A DNA stretch of 58,818 nucleotides, filler included, from Bipalium vagum (lineage: Eukaryota), in assembly GCA_037834085.1 (NCBI GenBank). It is 3 parts of 3 records of this genome, joined end to end, with 100 filler letters (N's around TTAATTAATTAA, not from the genome) between each part and the next. Parts side by side here need not be neighbours in the genome. Positions count along the whole stretch, not along the records: positions 1 to 23,440 come from JBBMKC010208931.1; 2 more parts are not named here. One strand, written 5' to 3'. A program made the translations under genes and the position numbers. The notes beneath the pieces were generated by a model. That model saw nothing but the letters and a program-made list of their open reading frames with translations. It was not told the origin of the DNA and ran no database searches. Positions 1 to 13,100 of the stretch are shown here, one piece after another (within the stretch, counting starts at the first letter, position 1; each line of letters starts with the position of its first letter).

Positions 1-1261
1 AAAATTGCTAAACTTTTAATTTCTGCACTGTACATATCCTATTTACCCATAAATTTGAAATTAAAATAAAATTATAAGAAAATACTGCTCACTTCGAATT
101 TTCAAATTTTCAAAATTTTCACTGGTATATATTTAAACAAACGCAATTCAGAAAACTTATCTTAACAAAATAATTACTTTTTTATAAACTACTTTTATTA
201 TATATTTAGTGTTTTTAAATATATTTTCAATGATCATGGTATTACTTTGCAACAATTATAAAAAAATACTGCCCGCACTACATACATAAATGTAATGTTG
301 ATCAATGTCTAAACACAAAACTGACATTAATAATACAGCGTTATTAATGTTTAAATTAAAACTGTTACTTAAAGGAAAAAAGAAAATATAATATTATCGT
401 TCTTACTTGAGCGGTCAACAGGTCTTCTGGTTGTGAGCTAAGCTTTTTGAAGGTCGCTAGAGGTTACAAAGCTCGGCGGGACCCATTGAAAAATCGTGCT
501 GCAGTATGTTCCTAAAAGAAAAGTATTTAAAATCAATGAAAATTCTTCTGACGCCAAAAACAAAATAAATCGTAGGTCTGCTTAACAAATATGCTTGAAT
601 GTCTACTCTTTCTTCTGCGTATTTCTGAACGAAATCCTCTTCTTATATAGTAGTAGATATTGCTCTGCGATTGTCAATCTCTACTTTTAGAAGGCTATTT
701 CCTGCAATACTTCATTTATTTTTTTATTACCTCGAAGGCAAGAATTCTTACTTTTATTATTCATAATTCAGTATTGTATTATTAATTGCGAATTGAAGGG
801 AATTTTATTATGTTTTAAAGACTACATATGTTTAACCTTTTTGTTTTAGTTTATTCAAAACAGCCAAATGGAAATGTTGTTATTCCATCATTTATGTTAT
901 AATATATAGTAAACTAATTGCATCGTAATATATAAATATGTAATAACTAATTCTGTTGTCTTTTATAATATTGTTTTTCGTTGTTGTTTTTAGTCGTTGT
1001 TATATTGTTTTTTTCGATGATTTTGGTTGTTTGTTTTTAATATTAATGTTTTTTGTCCTTTTAGTACTTTTTTTTAGTGTTATTTAGTAATTAGTACTTT
1101 TTAGTATTTTAATTATAGTTATTTAAGTACTTTTTAGTTATTTTTAGTTATCTTTTGATTATTATTTTAGTGATTTTTTGCTAATTTTTTCATAATATTT
1201 TTAGTGTTATTGCTGTTTTTTCTTTTTTCAAATTTTAATTGTTTTTTTCTTTAATCATTAC

Positions 1262-1860
1262 AAACCTTGTCCTCAAAAACTCACACTATATTTAATAAAT
1301 TTCCATCATTGACCGCTGCAAAAACATTGTACCTAGTATGGTATTTGTGTAATCCACCAGTTTCACATCTGTTTTGCTCATTTTCTTCGCTGCAGCTAAT
1401 ATTCCCTTATGGTTTGTCGTATATACTTACGTGTTGCACTTCAGTACCCGCTCATTTTTCACGAATCGAATTTCTTCGTATTTCTCCTTGCTAAATAACA
1501 CTATAGGTGTTTTCTCTTTCTCCACATGTATTTTTATGGGTGACGCCTTTCCAAATCTTTTTGATCTGCTCACGCTTTTTTTATCTTTTCACTTTCCAAT
1601 TGCAAAAACACTAAAGGGCCATATCTCAGTCAGTAATTGGAACTCTATAAAGCAATAACGATTGTTCTGTATTGCATTCTGTATGTCTTAGATTGCAGAA
1701 TGGACACGAGAGTATTTACCGAAAATCGTATCAAATACTCCCTCAAACTGACATAATTGTACCATATCATTTTGAATAGATAACCATCCAAGCTACTTTC
1801 CACCTTTTCTATATTTGTCTCTTCCGGTGCACACGCCATCCGATCCTATTTTGCCTTCTT
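1262..1860 (-). pseudogene. Possible heavily decayed retroelement coding fragment (non-LTR RT-like)
   Basis: More GC-rich than flanks; broken minus-strand peptides (FEGVFDTI, IVLFSKE, VDYT..LG) only loosely resemble LINE RT motifs. Confidence 0.25.
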
Positions 1861-2379
1861 CGATTATAAGTTATCTTAATTTTTTAAGTTATTAAATTTT
1901 TCCGAGTGTAATTTTGTGCAATTAATAGACCTAATATCTTGCAAGTTTTTAAAAATTATGACGGAGTTAGGTACACAGTCAAGTTATCGGGGAGTTTGAT
2001 TAGAGATAAAATACGAATATTTATCCATTTAATACTCATCTTTTATAATTTTATTCTACCATCACTATCGTTTATATTTATCATTTCGAAAACAATTTTA
2101 AAATACGGTAATCAGAAACTTTACAATTTTATATTAAAAAATAGTTAATAAATAATAATAATATTGATAAAAAATTAATCACATTGAATTAGCTAAACAT
2201 CTTTTAATTTGATAAACATTTTAAAATTGTTTTTATTTTAAAAATGAATTTATTTTTCTTTTAATATTTCACTCATATTTATAATAATCGCGAAAATATA
2301 AACACTTCTATATTTTTCTTATTTGAGTTTTTAATTTTAAAATTTACTTTAATAAAAACCATTTTTTAATAACACTGAA

Positions 2380-2449
2380 ATGCCTCCAGCTGGAGAAAGT
2401 AGTGATAAAATTAAGGTTGCGGTGCGAGTAAGACCTTTAAACAGAAGAG
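2380..2449 (+). CDS. KIF13: KIF13-like exon 1 ([23 protein letters not shown])
   Basis: ATG at 2380, kinesin beta1 motif VAVRVRP, GT donor at 2450. Confidence 0.92.
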
Positions 2450-5400
2450 GTGATGATTATTACTGCATGTATATAACAAATAAGAGTTTGTTATTTAGAA
2501 ATTGATATGAAAACTCCTGTCATTGTGGATATGAATGACAATCAGACATATCTTTATTCTAATGGAGCAGCATTTCAAAAGTAAAGTATCTTTTTAAATA
2601 TTGATTTTATTTAACACTGTGTTAAGAGGAGACGAGAAGTCTGCAGCAGTAAAAGTCAGTAATTTAATGTAAACTGGAAAGATTATTAATAATTAATACA
2701 TTTAGTCTTTTGGATTCGATGAGAGTTTCTGGTCTATAGATCCAAGCAATGAGAAATTTGCCAGTAAATTTGTTTGGTTATGTCCCAACAATATCATTTA
2801 TTAAGGTCAAGAATATGTTTTCGAGCGGTTAGGCATAGATGTCATGGCAAATGCTTTTCAAGGTTACAATGCTTGCATTTTTGCATATGGTCAAACCGGT
2901 AAGGTTCTTAATTTTATTGTGAACTTTTAGGTAATTTGATGAGTGATATCTGTTTCAATTTCTTTTTAATAATAAAAACGTTTTAACTAATTAATAAGTT
3001 TTAGGTCTCTTCTAAAGTTTAACAAATCTTTTAATTCTTTAACATAAAATCAATATTTCAAAAATTTATAAAGGGGCGAACATTTTTTCACCATTAATCA
3101 CAGATTATGATAAATAAGAATTTATAATGACAGTTGGTTTTGAGTTTTTGATTTTTATTATTTCGAATGAATCAATTTATAAAGTAAAAATATTCGTTTC
3201 AGATCACATCTAACCAAATGTTAAAATATCTATTAATACTTAGAATGTCTTGTCAATATTTTTATTTAAAAGAACAAATCAATTAATAAAGAGAAAGATC
3301 CTCTATTACAGTATCATTTAAAAAAAAGTAGAACTGTTTTGCGTTACCATTAATAATTTTCATAGTTTTTTCAATTTAAATAACTAATTTGTTAAATAAA
3401 AAAATGTGAAACAAGAGTGGTGATGGAAAAGACAATAAAATGTACTTATTCAAAATCAATAAAAAATTGATTAACTAATTGAAACTGAATATCGACACAG
3501 GTTCCGGAAAGTCATATACCATGATGGGAACGACCAGTCAGCCCGGCATAATTCCTCGTCTGTGCAATTCGATATTTGACGAAATTTCTTCACGAGAAAA
3601 GCCGAACGTTTCCTACAAAATCGAAGTGTCCTACATGGAGATATACAACGAAAAGGTGCACGACTTACTGGATGTACAAGGGTAATTGAATTTTTTTTGC
3701 GTTTGCGTGTATGCGTTTTAAAAAGAAATATTTTTCACATTACAATGATATCGATTTTTCACTTTAGCATGGATCCAAGGTGAGAGATTTGTTTAACGTT
3801 TTTGTGCCAAGCGAGATTTTTTCCCGTTTATTTAATCCAGCTTTTGGTGATGGTTTTATCCAAGTTGCTTAGTCAATTGACTTTTCAAATTGCGTTTCGA
3901 CGCTTGAAATGTTCATCATAGAGATAAAAACAAGATTTTCTCTTCGCAAGAGAAAAAGTACATTTACACATGCACACATTGATTTTTAAGAAACCAATCG
4001 CTTCCTTTATTATCATCAGAATCGATCGGTATTGATTGATCAATCAATGGAGAGATTCCATTGGTTTTTTATTAACTGAAATTTATTGATTTTTTTCTAT
4101 ATTATTGTATTTTCAAGTTTTACAGTCTCAGTAAGTTGATGAATGATATTTCTGAGTGATTTTCAATTTATTATGACTCGACCAATAATTAATGTTTAAT
4201 CTTTATTAGTGATAATAGATCATTGTTTTTCAGATAGTGTGGTTTTAAAATACTTCAACGTTTTAAAATTAAAATATTTATTTATCTTTTCATTATTATT
4301 TTAATTTTATAATTTATCTAGTTCTAATTAATATCAATTATTCGTTATCATTTAATGAATTTTTTAATAAAATATTTTTATTAAAATCGGAATCTTATTT
4401 AAATTGAGACAATTTTCAGGACAAGAAAAGAAATATTCAATAAAATCCAAGAATACGATGTTATCGTAAAATATTAAGACATTTTCTTTTGATGACAATA
4501 TCCAAGTTGATAGAGACAATGAAAAGCTTAAAGTGATAGATTTTTAGTGATAATGCAATTAAATACGAATAATCGATTAAGTGATAAAGTGCAACCAATC
4601 AAAATGCACATAGAGAAGAGTCACTGCTCATTGATGAAGTACACACAATAGAAAAATGTCAAAGTACTCATGGAGGCAGTTTGAAGAATGGACCATACTG
4701 TTGGGCTTTACATAATGATCTAAATTATCGTGTTATTATTATCAGAAAATTGGCACTCGAATTTAGGGACGTTAGGAAAATTTTTAAATGATATAACGAG
4801 TGGTGGGGTTATCGAAAATTGATAATAAAAACATGAAAGAGTTAATATTGTGTAGTCTGGATGTGAAGATGGATCAATAAATTACTAAAAAGATTAACAA
4901 GTCAGAATTACTCGGATTAATTCGATATGAGAAACGGTAGTCTGTCTTAAATTGCAAATATTGTGATAATGAAATGAAGATGAGCAAAAATCTATTGACA
5001 GATTTTTATTTGGTTGAAGAATTACAAGGTACTTACGTCTTAACAAAACAGCAATTGAAGACGGCTTTACGTTCTTTTGTTATGTTCATTCTCAAGTAGT
5101 GTGCTTGATAAATTTGGTTAAAGAATTACGACAGTTTTATTGGTAAATAAAATGAAAAAATGATTATAATCCAGCAAGAAAGAGAAAAAGACAGACAGAA
5201 ATGAATTGAAAAGAGGAATCATACTCGCAGGGATAATTTAGAATAATACGAAAAAGAAAAATAAAAAATTTCCAACATTAAATGTTCCTTATTGAAATCA
5301 AAAAATCGATGGGTTAAACTTTGAAATTTGACAGTTTACTTTGACAAAAAATAGGTTCTGATAAAAAAATATAAAAAATAACAATTTTTGTAATTATACT

Positions 5401-6739
5401 GCGTAAAATCTTTTTTCCGAAAAAGAAACAGGACATTTAGAAATTCCTTTTGTTTTTAAAAAAAATATTTTCCATAAAGATTTTAGTTTTTTCCACAAAT
5501 ATTCATTAATTTTAATATTGAAGATAAAAATGTTATTTCCGAACATTGTTTCAGTTCACGATAAAGGAGTATTGATTGATTTAATCTTTGCCCTTTTTAA
5601 AACTCTTTATTTTAATTTTTATATTTAAATGTATACGGTATATTTTTAAAAGTATTTCTTATGTTAATTTTTTAAAAAAATATTTTAAGCTTTGGTTCGT
5701 CATTGTAACCAATATCTTCTGAAGTTTAGTTATTGAATATTTCAATATTCGACTATCAACTTCTTTGAAATTAGATTCTGAATATTGATTTCATGGATTA
5801 TTTTATTGATTCTGGATAAAAATAAAATTTTAAAACTTTCCTTTATTTGGTTTCAAAAGCTATTTTGATATCGCGTCAGTTTTCTGGTCAACAGTAGAGC
5901 GATAAAAAAACCGATAAAACATTACTAATTTTTACCAATAGCTACAATCTCTGTTACACAAAATTGAGGAGCTCAAAACGGTATTCAGAAAAATTATCAT
6001 CATTTGAATAATGTTTCTGTGATGGATACAATCATTAATAGAAATTCGAATACGAAATATTTTTATATTTTTTCGTTTTAGAATCTCCATTAAAAATTCC
6101 AATCTTATTTATAGAAAATTTCTCACTTATGATCAAAGTTTTCTGATTTCTGTCTTAACATTATATTTCTTTTTCTTTGAGAAAGCTTCAGTTTGTTGTC
6201 GTTATTGATTTTAAGTTTATATCTTTTTTTCTAACAATGGAAAAGAAATTCCTTGTTTATCATGAGACTCATTTCATTTAATAGAGAAATATTAAATGAG
6301 AAAAGTCACAGAACCTGAGGGATGACTTTGTAAAAAGATGAAACATCTTTTTTCAGATAATTATATAAATTCATTTCCGCTTCATTGGATAATTTCTCGC
6401 GAGTTATATTATTTATTATCAACCAAATATTATAATTTTGAATTCTATACAAATATTGATTGGTCCTTTTTTAACGAAAAGCATTTATTTTTTTCTTGAA
6501 AACTGTTTATTTATTTTCTTTTACAACTTTCTTCCAGTAAATAAATAACCAACAAATCATTCTATTGCTTCAATTCGACAAAATAGTTTATTTATTTATG
6601 TGAAATTATTTGCAAGCTCGTTGGAATTTATCGGAAATATTTTGTCGATTTGATAATAATTTTTATTTATTTTTGTGTCTCCTTACTTGAAAAACAAGCC
6701 ATTAAATATTTTTCAGGCCAGAGTCAAGAGGTGATTGTA

Positions 6740-6776
<37 letters not shown>

Positions 6777-9700
6777 GTTAATCAAAAATAAAATTATTTT
6801 TTTATTAGAAAAATTTTAAAATATTTCCATTTTATAAATAAATATTATTTATTTATTCTTTGTTTTGTATTTGTATTATGTATTAATTTTCTTATTTTAA
6901 TAATCTTTTGTTATTTTGGAATATTATTTGTTTGCTTTAATTTTCTTAATATGATTTATCATGAAAAAGCCATAGGTGTTTTTTCGGAAGTTTGCTCAAA
7001 ATAGAAAATTTTCATTTTTGTCGAATTTCTTTGATTTTTACAGCATGAAAGGTGAAGAAAAATTCAGAAATAATTTTTTTCATTTAATAGTTGAACGATT
7101 TTTATATATAAATGGAAAATTTTTAAAAACTAATAATTCTTAAATTATGAATTTTAATAAATAATATTTATTTTTAAGTTCTCCATATTATTTTATTTAT
7201 AATAATTATCATTAATTGGGTAACTTAATTATTTATCATAATATTTGATATTTAATTATTTTTTTATTATATTTATTGTATTTATATTATCATTTATTAA
7301 GTTATATTACATTTTTAACTCAAAAATAGACGTCTATCGCATACATGATGATTGTCGTATTTTCCTCAATGAAAGGGTGTGTCTCTGATATTTTTGATTT
7401 TTCATTTCTATGAAAAATATTTTAATGGAAAATTTCCAATTTTTATATTAATCATTATTTGAGGTTAAGTAGGTGGCTTTATTTTTCATTACAGAATAAT
7501 GAATATAAATATTTCTATTTTTATTTGAATTACTCGATTAGGGATATTTATATATTATAAACATTTTTTTATTAAAAATATAGAATAAAGTCTGTAGATT
7601 GAAAAGATGAAAAAACTAACAAAATAGTTATTTGAAAAAAAAGAATATTCAAGAATAACTTGAATAAACTGATAACAAAAGTCAAATAAGCAATCAAATT
7701 AGCTTTCTGATTACTAACAAATTTACAACTGTTTTTGAAAGGGAAAATAACAGAAAAACCACTATATTAGTTATTATTGAGAACACTATTCCTTTTCGAA
7801 ATCATATTCCATATTATGTTATGACTTGGTTCTGTTATGATAATTTGCACAGATTCTTTAAAAAATAAAGTCTATTATCATTTTAGACATTCTTCTAACA
7901 ATTAAGTTTTATTTTTAAATGGATTAATTTTTATTACTATCTTGTTCTGACTAGATGAAGATACAATCCGTGGTTAATCAACATTTTAAAACTATGAAAA
8001 GCAATTTATATTATTCTCTATTTGTGTTCTCAAATGAAATTATATTCTTATTTAAAAATCGCTTTTCTCAGGGTGAATTATATTTTTCAAAATAAAAATA
8101 TTGATTTTTTTAATAATTCGAAAAAATAATTTTTAAAATATTTCTTTTCCATTGATATAAAAATATATTCAAGTATCACAGAAAATCGTTGTAATACATC
8201 TAATAATTATTTAAAAAAACCATAACTTTTTCCCCTAGAAAATCATCTATTTATTCCAGAATTTCTTTGAAATTAAAACTAATATCGATTATAGGTTTTA
8301 TATATTTTCGATAAAAATGATTTTTGATAATTTTCTATAAATTCAGAGTCTTAAATAAATAGCATTACAATCAAAATCAAAACGAGAAATAATAATAAAG
8401 TTATCCAGACGAAAGAAGGTTTGTCAATGAATTACAATGCTTTTTTATCTAAAAACCCAATTGATTTTTGCATGCTTATATATTTGGAAGTGATGCAGTA
8501 TCTCATTGTAAATCGTTTTCCCTTTCTGTTTGGGAAATTCTGATCAACTAAAGTAATATTCGGAGGTCAAAATTAATTATCCTTTTAAGCACTTATTAAT
8601 CAAATTAATAATTCTTTGAAGTCACCAGAATTGCATAAAGCATGAGATTTAGGAAAAATTTTGTTTTTTCATCTGAGATTATATGAAATATAATAAATTG
8701 AATAAAATTCTAATAATTATCGAATATTTACAAATAGTAAGTTGTGCCAAAATATTCTTATAAAGACCAAATCTATTTATTCAGTATAATTAATGATGGG
8801 AAGTAGCATTGAAATATGATAAATTACGATTATCCGACTCAAATTTTGATGATATTCTTTGCACCAATTTGCAACCATTGACTTGTGAATACTTGTCACT
8901 CGCGGGATTTGTGATCAAATAAAACTTATCAATTCTGTGAGATCAAAATTTATCAATGATTTTTACTCTTTTCCAGCCAAAGAAAATCGCTGCGGGTTCG
9001 AGAACACAATATTTTGGGACCTTATGTGGACGGGCTATCGCAACTTGTTGTCACTTGCTTATCGGTAAAATTTGATTGCTTACTAACATTGATTATTTCT
9101 CTTGTCTCATCCATCAGCCAGCATCCATCATACATCCATTAAATTTCTAATCATATGATAAATTATTTGCCTCCTTCTCATTGGTTGGCTTATTTTTATT
9201 TATTACTCATGCTTTCTCATTTGATGGGAGTGATGTGATAGCGGAATTCTATTGGACGAGATTCGTTATTGTTTTTCTCACAGAATATTTACACATGATA
9301 ACGAAGTTTTTGTTCCTTTCCTTTCTTGATTTTCTTCAATTGAACATTTGTTAATTATTTCATCTTATCCATGTCAATTTTGACATGAACCTTTTACGTA
9401 ATGTGTTTAGACCCAATTATTCTTAATTTATTAACAATTATTGAATTAATATTTTAAAATTAAAAAACTTAATATATTTCAATAAATACTCAAATCTATA
9501 AGTGTATTTGATATAATAAATATGATATATATTCTGTTTTAACATTTTTCTGAAGTACAATGTTAAATGATTTATTACATTATTTCACAGGTTACAATAT
9601 CTTTTTTATAAAATCAATATTAATTTTTAAAATTTTTGATTTCTCGTTATTTTTTAAAACAACTCGAATATTCTCAAATTTTTTTTTGAGAAATGTTCTT

Positions 9701-10044
9701 ATATAAAAATAATATTCAGTGGAAATTTCAAGTTGGAAACACCTTTTAAACTTGACGGCCTTTGTGATGAAATGAAGTTTTTTGATCATGATACATGAAG
9801 CCGTCTTTTATAAATTGGACGCCTGTGCAAAAAATTTTATTCCCCCTGCTACTCAGCTTAAATTGGCTTAATTGCAATGAAATTGATTAAAAAAATTTTT
9901 CGCTTAATAAATAATAAAATATCAAACGATTACACATTCCGTTGACAAAAATATTAAACGTACTACATAACTGAATTAATCCATACACGCAGCTCTGATG
10001 TGTACTAAATTTGATTAAATAACCTTTAAAATTACAACGTGGGT

Positions 10045-10122
<78 letters not shown>

Positions 10123-13100
10123 TTCTGAAGTATCTATTCAATGTCTTATAAGTGGAGTCTTAAAATTGATTTTCTAAACTCATTGATGATTTTTATAATT
10201 TCCTATTTATTTTTCTTTGAGTTCGATATATTGATTTAGAGTACAAATATAACAATTGAATATAAAAAATCATAGTTGACGCGTTCCATTATTTTAAAAA
10301 AACATTTTATATATTCAGTAAATTGGTCATCATGATTGTTAATGAAAATTAATCGGAGATACCGGGATTCGACCCCACAACCGCCCCGAGTCTCTTTTAC
10401 TTCTATTTCCATTTGATTCCTTTTACATTTTTACTTCCGAGACTTCGTCCGCTGGTTGGTGTCCTGATTTGGTCGCCATGTTAGTGAAAATTTATCGGGA
10501 TACCGTGATTCGAACCCGGGACCTTCACATGCGCATGCACTGCTCTGACCGCTGAGCTACATCCCCTGACTAATTTTCAATATATCTCACAATGATAATT
10601 GATAAAAATTTTTTTATTGTTTCCTTAATCAAAATGGAGAAATTACCATATTGACTATGTTGACTCTTTATCTTAGAATATGAAAAGTTTCTTGGAGTAT
10701 TTTAGATATTGGAAACTAATAACCAAACTCAGCATTTATTTCTGGAAAACTTAATTATTCTCTTCACTTTTAAACTGGTCTTAATAACTTATAAAAGATT
10801 ATCGATTTTCGATATTAGAAAAGATGAAAAACATTAAGAGATGAGAATAATTATCCATTGAATATATCAAGGGATTTAAAAATTATTGTCAATTTTACAA
10901 GAGCTTTTAATATTTATTATGATTTCCATGGATTTTAAGACGAACAAATATTTTCTTATATATGGAATTGAATGTTAACATAGCAACGTACAGGCCTGTC
11001 TTAGCACTTCATATGAGAAATATATATTTATTAATTAAGAATTAAATTTTAAATTACAGAAAAAAACAATTAAGAATTTCTTTTTACCAAATTTTGTAAT
11101 GATATTAACAAACAAGGGGATAGGAAAAAGTAATTAAATTATGATATGTCAAAGACAGTTTTTTATTCTTTTTGCAAAGTTTTTCTAATGATTTGGCTAA
11201 TTTTTCCAGAATTATATTTTAATGTAAATTTTAGGTCCAAAATAAAGAAAATGAAATGCAAATGATTTTTTTGTAATTTGATTGTTCCTCTATTATTAAT
11301 TCGATCAAGTCAATAAAAGGAAAAAAAATTCTTCGCAACTTATGAAAAAGAATTATGAAGAGATTAAATTCTCCTTTGAAAATGAATATATAAATTTCTT
11401 TTGATGTAGGAAATATTTAAATTTCTAAATTAGTTTTATTTTTGTTAAAAAATTTCCTTTCAAAACCGGCAAATAATCTCAACCGAAAATATTGGTATTG
11501 GGAACTAATGAAGTGTAAATTTTGACAATAATATTTATAAAAATCAAAAACAAATAATAAATGAAACAAAATTTATTTTTTATTGAAACAACATAGATTT
11601 CGAAAATTATTAAATGTCTTAAATTTATAAATATAGGTTTTCGAGATCAGTTCAGAAAGAAAATTTTTATTAAATTAAGACAAATATCTTTGTGTCATTT
11701 ATATGTCAATCATGGTACTCGAACTTTGACTAATAATTGAAGTGTAGTATTGGAAAATTGATACTGGATTTGATATTACATCATTGAATTCAATCATTGA
11801 GTTATTATTTTTGATCGAATTATTTATAATCTTTTAAGCTTTCTTTCATATTTTCATTTATAAGCACAATATATCTTTTTCGCATAAAATCGTTTTACTT
11901 TATTCAAAACAGTGAAGACTTGATTGAAGATTGATTTTTATTTTGATAAATTTACTAAAATTGAAATAATCATATTATAAATTATATAATAATAAAAATA
12001 CTAAAATGCAAAAGTAATTATAATTTTAGTTAAAACAAAATATTGATCTTCTTTTAAAATGTAATTTGATCTGAGGTTCTTTTTTATCTTCACATTTTTC
12101 TTTACATAATTTCGGCAATCATTCTAAACTCAATCTATTTTTAAACAGTGATTTTTAGCAGATGAAGCACTAAACTTTGATTCACAGCAATGGCCAAATG
12201 AAGAGAATTATCACTAAAAGTTCTTTCTAATATATTATTAATGTATTTCTAAGACCCTCGATTATGGATAAAGCATATCCATAATCGCAATCAGTTGAAT
12301 AAATTCTTAATAAGTTGATATAATTCAAACAACAAAAAGTTACCAATTATTAAATTGCCATTGATAAAAAATCAAAATGTAGGTTAAATAATTAATAGAT
12401 ACTATTAATATATAATTAATGATAAATTATATATTGAAGTTAAATATATAACCAATAATGAAAATAAAATGTTTTTATTTCATTATATTTTCCATTTCAC
12501 GTATATGATATTTCTTATACTTTTTGATTTAGTTTTATCCGTTTATTTTATGAAATTTTTGCATTTGATTTTTTTAATATTATCATATTTCACCATTATT
12601 ATTTTTTTCATACGATTACATTTCGTTTAGTTTGATTGCTTTTAGATTTTTATATTTAACTATTTTTTATACAATATGAAATATTTATAAAATCAATTTA
12701 AGGTTTTATAATTCTGAATATGTTATTGATTTATCTCTTAACGATCTACATAAATAATAATTTCTATTTTTATAGATTAGTTAAATATTTTGTTATTCTC
12801 AATTTTCCCAGATCCTAAAATAATTATGACAATAGCGGATTATTAATTATCAGAGAATAATGTAGATTTTCTTTATGGTCCTTCAATTTAAAATCATTTA
12901 GATAATAAAAAATTCATTTATCATTGATTTAACTTAAATTTTTTTATATTTATAATTTCAAGATTTTTTTCACAGGACATCGAGAAGTTAATGAATGAGG
13001 GCAATAAATCGCGAACTGTAGCTTCAACAAATATGAATTGTGAAAGTAGTCGATCACATGCCGTTTTCAACATCATTCTCACAGAAACGATGGCTGATCC

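Noticed and set aside
407-511. GC-richer 105-nt segment with AG/GT-like boundaries on the minus strand, resembling an exon
   Set aside because: All three frames contain stops and no recognisable peptide; could be UTR or TE debris.
950-1255. T-rich degenerate repeat (ttttagt/ttatt units)
   Set aside because: Low-complexity decayed microsatellite with no regular unit or spacer structure; not a CRISPR-like array.
9887-10141. Poly-leucine ORF on the minus strand
   Set aside because: Translation of the (ATA)n microsatellite.
10495-10566. Functional tRNA-Ala(CGC) gene
   Set aside because: Anticodon stem does not pair, T-stem and acceptor stem have mismatches, and it lies within an LTR bounded by a TSD.
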